From positions 1-17,630 of the forward strand of contig JBJCIZ010000020.1 of NCBI GenBank assembly GCA_051294375.1: a stretch of 17,630 nt of DNA. The letters are read 5' to 3'. Under the pieces are notes generated by a model that was given only the letters and a program-made list of their open reading frames with translations, was not told the origin of the DNA and did not search any database. Both the position numbers and the translations under genes were made by a program. Positions 1 to 9,318 of the stretch are shown piece after piece. The DNA comes from Paraspadella gotoi (lineage: Eukaryota > Animalia > Chaetognatha). Position 1 is the first letter of the stretch, and the number at the start of each line of letters is the position of its first letter.

Positions 1-70
1 TTTCAATGGCGTATTTATTTATTTAAAGTTTTTTTTTTGTTTTTTTTTTTTCGAAAATCCTTATTTTGGA

Positions 71-650
71 ATGGAGGCCGACGAAGATGATCCAATGATC
101 CCTATAAAGTGTGGGCTCACGAAGCGAGCGTCGATGGCCGAAAAGACGATGGCGCTGCAGATCGCGGTCCACGAGGCGTTGCACGGTCGCGTCGGCTCGG
201 ACTCAGCGTCGAACCAGTTTCGAAAGACGCTGAATCTCGTGGCAGAATCCTACGCTCAGATCTGGAATCCCGAGGAAAATTCGTCGAGCAAATTCTCTTA
301 CTCGACGTCTCGTCGACGACCTCGGATCGAAATCGGCGTCGGTTCTGGCAGCGACGGAGGCGCTCATCGCGGCGCTGGATTCCTTGACGCGGCCGAGGAT
401 TGGAGCGGGATTCTCAGTCGCTCGCGGGAAGGCCCGAAACGTCAAGATCAATGTTTGCCGCTTCGTTGGACGCGTCGGGCGGACGTCGCGCGTCGTATCG
501 AAGCGGACCTTGCGCCGTGTGATGAGAGGGTCGCGACTCTTCCGCGCCGTCGCGATCACGACGTCGAGAAAAACAACAACGGAGAAAGAACTTCTGACGA
601 AAGACGAGAATGATTCTCTCGAATCCGAGATTCCATTTTTTTTTTTTCTA
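71..650 (+). other. GC-rich host segment, possibly a coding exon of unknown product
   Basis: Sharp GC/CpG-rich island with several overlapping open frames, flanked by poly-T DNA. Frame, strand and product could not be determined. Confidence 0.3.
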
Positions 651-1314
651 AGCGCGGGATTTTTGTCGGTAGAAGTCTCGGAAACAAGATAGGGATGTTA
701 GAAAATCATGGATAATGCGAATTTTTATACATTCTATACATAACTAACACTCAGTTCTAATAAATAAAATTTTTCATGGTTTTTATTAATTGATCATATT
801 TCGACATGTGGTATGTAATAAAATATGGGGTGGGCTGAGTCCTGGTCGCCGGCGTTGGTGATGTAGTTTTAATTCCGTAAAAGAGCGTAGTTTCCGATGA
901 TTACAGAGTGTGGTAAATGGCGTGTCCACACTCGTCCTGACAGGAATCCTTATCCCAGTTCCACGTATTTAATTATTATTAAATCTGAAATGAGAACAAG
1001 AACTATTAGAACAAGGGTAATTGCAGTATCTACTTATTACTCAGTATCACTTATTTACACAAAATAATCAATGCATGTCAAAATATGAAGCAGTAAAAAA
1101 GCGCAAATAGAAAATCCACTTGGAAAAGTTGTAGATGAATCCACAAAATGTTGTGAGTTTGTAATCCACTTTAAATTGAGACCCTCTTTGGCACCCCAAG
1201 TCTTGAGTTATTAAGCCTTCAAGTCTTACTAGACTTTAAACCCGGAAATTATTTTAACCCTTAAGTCCTATGGGACTTTTAACCACCTTAGTCTTTAGAG
1301 ACTATTATAATTTG

Positions 1315-1409
1315 GGACTTAGACGTTTTCAGTCTCTCCTGGACTTGAACGTTTTTTATCTTCTCGGACTTAGACGTTTTCAGTCTCTCCTGGACTTGAA
1401 CGTTTTTTA
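1315..1409. repeat. 44-bp direct repeat x2 (period 51) inside the LTR, each with two GGACTT..ACGTTTT sub-units
   Basis: ggacttagacgttttcagtctctcctggacttgaacgtttttta at 1315 and 1366. Counterpart at about 15815-15910. Confidence 0.9.
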
Positions 1410-1587
1410 AGAACCTTTTCCAGCCGGACAGAGTTTCACCTTACACACCAGAGGGTCTCAGCAGACTCTCCCAGAGGTCTGCAGTGCTCCTCCTTATATA
1501 GACACCTTCTGGGTCACATGATCAGCCCTTGGGTCTAGCTCTTGCATTTTGGAGGGCTAAATCAACTATCTTGTTGGTTTTTACTAA

Positions 1588-1835
1588 TGCTTTAGCTATT
1601 CTTTGGCTTTTGCCAGTGCTAACCTAAAAGTTTAGGGTCATTAAAATTATAACTGCTTTTGCTTTTGCTAAAGCTACTTAAATTAGAGAAGCTCATTAAA
1701 GTTCCCTCTGCTTTTGCTTTTGCCTTAGCCAATTCAATTAGATAAGCCTATTATAATTCTGTCTTGCTTTTGCTCTTGCTTTAGCTAAAGTTTAGTCTCA
1801 TTGTTAATTGCTTTTCTTTAGGAAAGCTATTGCTT
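1588..1835. repeat. Degenerate ~55-bp tandem array in U3 (TGCTTTTGC core), enhancer-like
   Basis: tgcttttgc(t/c) cores at 1654, 1709 and 1765, with degenerate copies near 1604 and 1809. Upstream of the TATA box on the minus strand. Counterpart at about 16085-16330. Confidence 0.75.
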
Positions 1836-1916
1836 ATTAGTTAAATTATCAGTTATTCTATGAAACTATAAAATATATAAACTAATAAAAAATTACCCAC
1901 CTCATTTTTTATTACA

Positions 1917-1926
1917 TCCTCCCCGG
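1917..1926 (-). other. Polypurine tract (3' PPT)
   Basis: Minus strand CCGGGGAGGA directly abuts the TGTA start of the 3' LTR. Short, but in the canonical position. Confidence 0.8.
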
Positions 1927-2021
1927 TCTAGCTTTCTGCATGTCCTCATGCACATTTTAACAATTTTAGCTATATTTCACTCTGTCATCATCCATGTTGC
2001 TTTTTTCATTACACAGTGCCT

Positions 2022-3122
2022 TTAAAACCGGATGTCCATTAAGTATTCCTCCAGGGTCGTGGGCAAACCTAACTGATAATACTGATTAATTAGGACCCTT
2101 CCTTGGTTGTTTTTCACTAATTCATGTCTTATGGTCAGCTTAGATAAGTGTTTCAGCGATTTAACCAATCCTACTGGGTTTTCTCTCTCATCATCTCCTG
2201 TCATATACTCCACCATCTTCCTTGCAACAAACTCGTGGTGTGAATGCTTTGCCGCCTGCCAAGTTGATATTTTCTTGGTTGCTGCTGCATTAACATAGGC
2301 GGTATCTTCTAAGTTTCCTCCCGCTCTATACACTCCTTTTATCATCCTTAGATCACCTACATGGGAAGCGTTCCACATTGGGGTTGCCTGGAAAATATTC
2401 TTACTTAGTATTTTTGTTACTGGGATATCCAATATTGCCTCAGTTACTTTACGGTTTCCTTTGTTAACAGCATAATGAAGCACTGTATTTTGATTCTTAT
2501 CCCCTTGATTAATATCAGCTCCCTGTTTCGTTGCCAATTGTATTACTTCAATGATAAATTCATCATCCAGATTATTAATACATAAATTCATCAGAAATGT
2601 ACGCCCTGTATAAGCATCCTGTTCTTCAGTTGGCACTCCCTTCCCTAGCAATATCTCATATAATCGTAAATATGCAATTTCTGAGTTAGATGCCAGTATA
2701 TGTAAGAGAGTTTCACCATGTGTATTCTTTACTTTATAGTCATCCTCACCCATTCTGCTGCTAATTAGTTCTATAATTACTCTTGCTTTTGCATCATATT
2801 TTTTTCTTAATATTTTTGCCAAAGATATATTTCCCGAGTAATCAGTTTTCATTACATTTCCTCCTCGTACAAGCATCTGTTCCACAATATTTATTCTTTT
2901 CCTAGTCACGGCTATGTGCAATGGCGTTTGGCCATCATGGAACCTTATTTCATTAGGGTCGAACCCTTCTTCAAGTAACCTTTTAGTTACTCTTTCTCTT
3001 CCATATTCCGCTGCCATATGTAAGGCACCATTCATTTTTTCTCGTAATGCGAGCTCAATTGCTTCGTCATCTCTGCCGCCCAGGAATTTAACGTATAGTC
3101 CATAATTTGTTAGCGGAAACAT
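2022..3122 (-). CDS. Ankyrin-repeat protein with C-terminal SOCS box (ASB-like)
   Basis: Ankyrin motifs GALHMAA, GQTPLHIAV, GETLLHILA, GRTFLMNLC, NTVLHYAV, ATPMWNAS. The C-terminus SLKHLSKLTIRHEL...LGLPTTLEEYL fits a SOCS/BC box. First ATG is at 3122; the track start at 3158 is a TTG. Confidence 0.88.
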   Translation of the reverse strand: MFPLTNYGLYVKFLGGRDDEAIELALREKMNGALHMAAEYGRERVTKRLLEEGFDPNEIRFHDGQTPLHIAVTRKRINIVEQMLVRGGNVMKTDYSGNISLAKILRKKYDAKARVIIELISSRMGEDDYKVKNTHGETLLHILASNSEIAYLRLYEILLGKGVPTEEQDAYTGRTFLMNLCINNLDDEFIIEVIQLATKQGADINQGDKNQNTVLHYAVNKGNRKVTEAILDIPVTKILSKNIFQATPMWNASHVGDLRMIKGVYRAGGNLEDTAYVNAAATKKISTWQAAKHSHHEFVARKMVEYMTGDDERENPVGLVKSLKHLSKLTIRHELVKNNQGRVLINQYYQLGLPTTLEEYLMDIRF

Positions 3123-3284
3123 ATTTACTACACCTAAGAATAAAGAAATGCATGCCAAATCATTTATTTAGAACAACATATTTGTAGAACTTGTTCTACA
3201 TTCCCCCCCCCCGGACAAAACCTCGAACCATAAAACAAAACAAAAATTTTTATCACTTAATCATTTAATTTCCACTATTTTAAT

Positions 3285-4886
3285 TTACAGATCAAGTTTT
3301 TTCGGCTCTTTCAGTGATTTCCTATTTCTCAATCGTTTATTCCAACTTAATTCTTGGTCATTCTTCTCCTTAATCACTAACTCCTCCGTCTCTTTGTTAA
3401 CTTCCTCCTTGCAGTTGTCTGTATCGGAAGACGCCGGCCATTGGTGTCTCCCGTCTTCATCAGCGGACTCAGTCGACGTATCTGAGAAATCCGATTGATC
3501 CTCCATAATTATACCACCCTTTTGACATTCCCTTGGTTTTAATTCCCTAACCACTGCCTTCTTCAACTTCCTAGCATTCACTATCCTTTCAAAACCTGTC
3601 TCGTTATTTTTAATTACATATGTGGTTGGGGAAATGACCTTAATTACCGTATGATTAATCTCATAAGATTTAAATAGCTTTCCCGGTTGTAAAGGAGGTT
3701 TGAACCCCACCAACTCACCCACTACATAAGTCGGGACATTCGCTTTCTCTTTAGATTTCTCCCTTCTTAACTCCTGTCCCTCCTCATACCTTAAATTTAA
3801 CATTTCCATAACTTTTCTTCTTGCCCGTAATCGTTCTTCCAATTCATCCAAGATTTTTCTTTCTTTCCAACCGTGACTTTCTTTCCTGGTTAGAATAAGA
3901 TCTATTGGTTCAATAAGATTTCTCCCGTAAACAATAAAATTTGGCGATACCCCTGTTGCTGTATTTATACTACTATTATAGGCGCTGAATAAAAGGTTAA
4001 GCTGTTTTGGCCATTCTGAGATGTAACCATCCAGCATAACTGTCAAAATGTTGGAAATATTTCTGTTTACTTGTTCAATTAACCCATTAGCTGCAGGATT
4101 ATAAGATGCCGTTAGACATATATCAATTTGAAGACTCTCATAGATCGTTTTAAGTATTTTACCCGTGAACGTCCTTGCTCTGTCTGAGATAATGGCCCTC
4201 GGAACACCAAATCTTGGGATCCACGAAGAAATGATAACTTCTGCAACAACCGATGCTTCCATCGTGGGCGTAGGATACGCCATTACAAATCTCGATGCAT
4301 GATCTATAATCACCAGCACAAACCGGTTTTTAGATTGATATAGTATAGATCTGTCACTAACTGGTAAGGGGCCTTTAAAATCGTAAGATATGCATCCACC
4401 AATGTCATAACTATCCACACTGATAGGCTGGATCTCCGCCATTGGTTTATTTTTTGGACTTTTTCTACGTACACATAACGGACAAGTATTTATAAAGTCA
4501 GAAAGTCTAACAACCATTCTAGGAAAATAAAAACTTTTTACTAGCTTAAAATATGATTTACTTATTCCATAATGAGCGGATAAGGGACTACCGTGAGTAT
4601 GATATAAAATTTCGCTCACCTTAGACTCTGGTACAACAACGGCTTTGTCACCACCCGAAGTTTTTCTTAGCAGAACACCATCGTTGTCAATTTCTAAAGA
4701 CCGATAGACAGACTTGTACCCTTTGATAACCTCGTTCTTGAAATCGGGCTTTTGCCCCTCTAAAATGGCTTTCTTTACTAGTTTAATGCCTTCATCCTGG
4801 TTTTGAGCATACGCGAGTTCATTTTTTCGTGGTATGTTGGTTTCAAAAAGGTTGACAACATTATCATTCAATTGTAGTTCCATCAT
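3285..4886 (-). CDS. Stand-alone retroviral-type DDE integrase
   Basis: HHCC zinc domain (HGSPLSAH...CPLC). Catalytic D (SYDFKGP), D (ISDRA) and E (NGLIE) with 35 residues between the second D and E. Degenerate GPY/F-like segment (GKLFKSYEINHTVIKV) and acidic/basic tail. Confidence 0.95.
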   Translation of the reverse strand: MMELQLNDNVVNLFETNIPRKNELAYAQNQDEGIKLVKKAILEGQKPDFKNEVIKGYKSVYRSLEIDNDGVLLRKTSGGDKAVVVPESKVSEILYHTHGSPLSAHYGISKSYFKLVKSFYFPRMVVRLSDFINTCPLCVRRKSPKNKPMAEIQPISVDSYDIGGCISYDFKGPLPVSDRSILYQSKNRFVLVIIDHASRFVMAYPTPTMEASVVAEVIISSWIPRFGVPRAIISDRARTFTGKILKTIYESLQIDICLTASYNPAANGLIEQVNRNISNILTVMLDGYISEWPKQLNLLFSAYNSSINTATGVSPNFIVYGRNLIEPIDLILTRKESHGWKERKILDELEERLRARRKVMEMLNLRYEEGQELRREKSKEKANVPTYVVGELVGFKPPLQPGKLFKSYEINHTVIKVISPTTYVIKNNETGFERIVNARKLKKAVVRELKPRECQKGGIIMEDQSDFSDTSTESADEDGRHQWPASSDTDNCKEEVNKETEELVIKEKNDQELSWNKRLRNRKSLKEPKKLDL

Positions 4887-5032
4887 TTAAGGCTTAACTG
4901 GAACAGAAAGCGAACGATTAAACTATTTTAAACAGTGCAGTTGAATTACGGAATGAACTAATTAATATATTTATTTTTCCGTTTACTAATGTTAAGCACG
5001 TCATATGTACAGTCCCATTGGTACGGATAAAA

Positions 5033-6328
5033 TTAGTCAAATAATTCACCACCTTCAACAAAGTCAATGAACTGCCTTGTGTGTGTGCAAGGACATTCAA
5101 TTGCATCGTCATGGCAGTGGAAGCACTTTCCGCACCTTTTGATACCACAACATAATACCTTACATCCCGGATCCAAGTGTCTTACCTCCAAGCAGAAACA
5201 GTTGCTGCATGCCATTTTGGCATTATAAAAACGTACTAAGCTTGAGGGAAATCTCTCCTTTTCCCTTAACACCAAACATTCCTTAATCCATGGCCTCACG
5301 AATTTAGATATATTAACCTTGCACTTTTGGCTCATACGTATTTCTTTTAGTTTTTTCATATAAAATTTAACCCCACTTTCAATTTTCCTTCCAGTTTCCT
5401 CTTCCTTTTTCCCATCCTCTTTTTTGTCATCTTTCATGCTTTCTTTTTCATTCCCTTCTATATCCCTTTTGATACTTTTACTACGGTCATTTTCAGAAAA
5501 GCCTCTATTCTGATAACCAATCGTCCTGTATTCCCCCCTATTAGTATCAGTATTTTCTATTCCCCTAATTTCCTCTTGTGATACAGTAACAACAAGTTCC
5601 TCACCCCATTCCGATTCTTTATCACTATCATAGTCCTCACCCCCTTGACGACATAATCCCTGAACTTTATCCAGTTTATTCTGTACCATAGCTATTATTT
5701 CATTTTTATATTTATATATATCTTTGCTCTTCTCATACAACTCTTCCTGTATTATATCAACCTTTCCTTTCTCAATTTTCACCTTCTTCCACTCGGCTTC
5801 TAGTTTTTCCCGTTCTTTTATAAAAGTTGAGAGATCTACGTGCTCATAAAATGATTTTAAGAGTGGTTTCGTACGGGAAATCTCTTTAGGTAATGAAGCA
5901 GTATCATTGGGCCCCGGCGGAACTTGTTCAAATTCGCGCATTTCCCTCACTACATCATTAAGTACTCCTTTGGTTTTTAATATATACGTCAGGGTCTCGA
6001 TTTCTATCATATGTACTTTATCCAAACCAATATCTTTCTTTAAATATACCATAGCCCTCTCCTTTTCGACATTATTAAAACGTAATTTCGGATCTAGTTC
6101 CGTGACTAATTTTCTTAGCTCTCGGGAGTTATTAATTTCTTCTTGGAGTTGTTTATATAGTCTCCCGTTATCATCTTTTTCACACTCCAGTTGGATTTGA
6201 AGGATACGATAATCACTCTTGAGTCGCTCAATAGCTTTCTTACTTCTAGTTTCCGTCTCCCTTATCTTCTCCAGACAAGCGTCCAAATCGTTGGTCTCCA
6301 TTTTATATGATTCAATATTCTTTTCCAT
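5033..6328 (-). CDS. Hypothetical protein: coiled-coil N-terminus, charged linker, Cys/His-rich C-terminal domain
   Basis: 431 aa intact ORF in AT-rich DNA. E/K/L-rich heptad-like N-terminus. C-terminal CSNCFC...H...C...CC...CGKCFHCH...CPCTH. Confidence 0.8.
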   Translation of the reverse strand: MEKNIESYKMETNDLDACLEKIRETETRSKKAIERLKSDYRILQIQLECEKDDNGRLYKQLQEEINNSRELRKLVTELDPKLRFNNVEKERAMVYLKKDIGLDKVHMIEIETLTYILKTKGVLNDVVREMREFEQVPPGPNDTASLPKEISRTKPLLKSFYEHVDLSTFIKEREKLEAEWKKVKIEKGKVDIIQEELYEKSKDIYKYKNEIIAMVQNKLDKVQGLCRQGGEDYDSDKESEWGEELVVTVSQEEIRGIENTDTNRGEYRTIGYQNRGFSENDRSKSIKRDIEGNEKESMKDDKKEDGKKEEETGRKIESGVKFYMKKLKEIRMSQKCKVNISKFVRPWIKECLVLREKERFPSSLVRFYNAKMACSNCFCLEVRHLDPGCKVLCCGIKRCGKCFHCHDDAIECPCTHTRQFIDFVEGGELFD

Positions 6329-6506
6329 TCATCTGCTTAAATCAAGTTCACAAAAAATCAATAACATTATGGGAATAATTGAACGTGAGTAAATTAAAAT
6401 TAACTGACCGGACTTGATTGACCGTAATATAAGTAGAACAGAACTGCATCATTTAAGATTTTTATTAGTTCTGTATACCATACAATAAATATTTACAAAC
6501 AAAAGA

Positions 6507-7091
6507 TTAATTACTGTCGTCTTTATCTTCAGGCCCTATGTATGACAATACATTGTTCATTGATGACGTTAATTCTTCATGCATCATTACGTGAACTATC
6601 ATACGGTTTTTATTATTTCTAACCTTCTGACAATTAAAACACTGATATACTACAGGGTGAACCCTTTCCATATGCCTGTCTATATAAGTTCTATTAGGCA
6701 ATGGTTTATCACAAATATTACAACTAAAATTATGACGTTTTATGCGCCTTTTTAAACTTTTTGTCTTACTAAACCTTTTCTCGCATTCCAAGCACTGGTC
6801 CGTCTTATTTTCCGCCAACAGTCCGTAACGTTTCAAGCGCGGGGCTCTACCGAATCTCAACTTCTCGCTTTGCGACGTCATACTTCCTTCGTCCGTGATC
6901 ATGTGCGTTGACTCCGCACTTTCGACACCACCCATGAGCCTCATTCGGTTCTCGTTCGTCTAATCATTCTTACGTGGACGATCATCTTCCACGCTGGCGC
7001 GGGTTGGACTTAGCGCTTCGACGTCCGCTCTCATTGTCCGTTTCCTTGTATCAGGATTGATTAACCATATTTTGCTCTGGGGCATGGCCAT
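6507..7091 (-). pseudogene. Second three-finger C2H2 zinc-finger gene (ZnF-B), interrupted by an in-frame TAG
   Basis: The frame of track ORF 6507-6944 extends upstream to ATG 7091 (MAMPQSKIWLINPD...) through a single TAG at 6960-6962. Fingers CLEC...RIKRH (first His replaced by Arg), CNIC...HMERVH and CFNC...HVMMH. Confidence 0.72.
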
Positions 7092-7408
7092 TATTTCTGA
7101 CAAACACGTAATCTGTCAGTTAATTGTAAAAAAAAAGACGGTCAGTGAATCCGAATGGGTTAAAAGAATATAATAAAAGTGAATGGCAAAACACACGGCA
7201 AAACACTCATGGAATAATAGCCAATAATAAAAAAAAGAAAGACCGCGTTGGCCGTTTAATAACATTGTTACTCCTAAAACAAGAATAGCAAAGATGTAAA
7301 AAGGGTGGCTTGGCCATGGAAATATAGGAACAAGATCATTGACATTTCTGTCAACATACAGAATTAATGAAAATTGTGTCCAACAGAACGTAAAGAATCA
7401 CGTTTAGA

Positions 7409-7609
7409 TTAAAAAACTAAAAACTCCCGTTGAGTCACGAATCTTTCAGAACCAAAATATAATTGATTAAAATAATATATCAAAGCCACCAGCATTGGTG
7501 AACGAATTAAAAAAGAGGTAGTATGTTGAAATAAAAAATAAAAAACGATCACTTTGATCCACCCCATACTCTTCAGCATCTGTAAAACTAGGATCAATTC
7601 GTCATTCAT
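7409..7609 (-). CDS. Candidate small hydrophobic protein (66 aa)
   Basis: ATG overlaps the ZnF-A stop (ATGAATGA). Two hydrophobic stretches, though T-richness alone could produce these. Confidence 0.3.
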   Translation of the reverse strand: MNDELILVLQMLKSMGWIKVIVFYFLFQHTTSFLIRSPMLVALIYYFNQLYFGSERFVTQREFLVF

Positions 7610-8321
7610 GAATTTTCACTTTCGCGGCAATTTTGCGCGCCTCTTGGGAAAATTCCCGATGCAGTATCACATGGAGCGTAACTGAACTGCCCTCCCGAAA
7701 TTGCTTTCCACACACCAAGCATTCGTATTGTTTCGGGTGATACGCTTTATTGTGCAGTTCATACATCAACCGGTTCTTTATTTTTCTTTCACAATGTGTA
7801 CAAGTGTAAGAGTGGCATTTTAAGTGTCCGTTCCTTGCGTGAGGCGTCGAGAAAGTTTCTTGACACTGCTGACAATCATAGACAGTGGCGCCTTCGTTTT
7901 CTTCACCGCTTGCATCATCAGGCTTCTCAGTCTTTGTGTTGGCATTCACCGCGTAGGTTCCCACGTTTTCAATCCGCTGCCTTTTGTGCGGGGGAATCTC
8001 GCTGATTACAATGACGTCCGCCTCTCCCTTGACGACCGTTTCGTCTTCCCAAGCCTCTTCTTTTAGTGGTTCGCCGAGCTGCTTTTCGGGCGGAATGTGT
8101 AGATTCTTCAGACTCTCAGCTGGGCTCCCGAGTTTCTCCGTGTCCTTAGCTTCCTCATTCGCCGCTGCTGGATCATTGGCTCTGTTCCAACACATCCACG
8201 GATCTGTTCTAGAGGACATGGGCGCTTGCTCCAGTTCTCCGAGGATTCCGTCCGCATCTATGTTGCCCGTCAAGGATGCGTAGGTCGCCAGCGAGTGATG
8301 CCGATCTGCGACGCGTTCCAT
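7602..8321 (-). CDS. Three-finger C2H2 zinc-finger protein (ZnF-A) with acidic/disordered N-terminus
   Basis: Fingers CQQC...HLKCH, CTHC...HNKAYH and CLVC...HVILH. Start codon in GCCATGG Kozak context. Confidence 0.88.
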   Translation of the reverse strand: MERVADRHHSLATYASLTGNIDADGILGELEQAPMSSRTDPWMCWNRANDPAAANEEAKDTEKLGSPAESLKNLHIPPEKQLGEPLKEEAWEDETVVKGEADVIVISEIPPHKRQRIENVGTYAVNANTKTEKPDDASGEENEGATVYDCQQCQETFSTPHARNGHLKCHSYTCTHCERKIKNRLMYELHNKAYHPKQYECLVCGKQFREGSSVTLHVILHREFSQEARKIAAKVKIHE

Positions 8322-8421
8322 GGCGTATTGATCATATCCGCCACCCGTAGGGGCGCTATCGAGCTGTTGAATTTATTTATACGCCCTTATTATCAACGCC
8401 AAAAACACTGCCCCCAACCCG

Positions 8422-8645
8422 TTTATTCCTTTATTGATTTATTCATCTATTTATTTATTTCTTCATTTATTCGTTCATCTATTTATTTATTCATTTAATT
8501 TATTCATTTATTTACTTATTTCTTAAATACTACTCTTCTATTCAATCCATTCTATTATTTATCTATTTTAAACTGCCTCTAAATAACTAACTCCTCTCAC
8601 TCATAACTATTATTAAACTAATTACTAATTATTTATTTATTCTGA
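8422..8645. repeat. Low-complexity (TTTA/TTCA)n tract
   Basis: Repeated tttattta/ttcattta units upstream of ZnF-A. Confidence 0.8.
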
Positions 8646-9318
8646 ACTAAACTACACCATGCTTAATTATACTTCATGCTTTAACTACTCAGATTTTCCT
8701 ATCCCAAACCTTCAACCCAGACACTAACCAACGCTGTTGGGATCATCAGGTTTATCTCTTCCGACGGGTCATAATCATCAGGCGTGTACAACGGGTCCTC
8801 CGGCGACGTTTCGTTGAGTATCGGTTCCATCTTTTCGTCACAACGGGATAATTGGTTACACCACGAATCTCCGGTACCGTTAGAGCAGAACAATTCGTTC
8901 AGTCGCGGAGACGTTTTGAAGAAACACTAAGACGTTTCAGTTTATAATACGAGTTCCTTGGTTGTTTAAATCGCACAATTAAGTTTCACCCAAGCTCGGC
9001 GGCTTGCGATAATTATAATATTCCCAACCTGTTCAAAGAATGAGCAAAACCGACTTCATCTTTCGTTGTTTCAATTTACAAAGTAATCATCAATTTTTAA
9101 CCCTTTTTTCTTTTCACGCAACTTTTACAGAAATTTTACGACAGCGGTTAGTGTTTAGACTAAGTTCACACAAAAACTAAACTCGTCTTTGAACGGAACG
9201 TACTAACAGAGCCACATGATAATTCATTATTACCGTAATAATAGACATCGCGCGTCTATGTTTCTATGAACAGAACTTTGGACGGAACATAATAACTAAA
9301 AAATTACAACTATAGTTA

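Larger units (their letters stand above)
814..1916 (-). repeat. 3' LTR
   Basis: Starts TGTAATAAAA at 814 and ends TTTTATTACA at 1916. Similarity to the other LTR stops sharply at both ends. Directly adjacent to the PPT. Confidence 0.96.

Noticed and set aside
71-692. Specific gene assignment for the left-flank ORFs
   Set aside because: Several overlapping frames are open because of high GC, and none shows a motif I recognise. A frameshifted host exon is possible but unproven.
1221-1409. CRISPR-like array
   Set aside because: The repeats are degenerate LTR-internal duplications without unique spacers, the context is eukaryotic, and there are no cas genes.
2022-3158. env gene in the usual position after integrase
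   Set aside because: The ORF is ankyrin/SOCS with no signal peptide or TM anchor. The hydrophobic first 12 residues in the track come from a TTG start across a pyrimidine tract.
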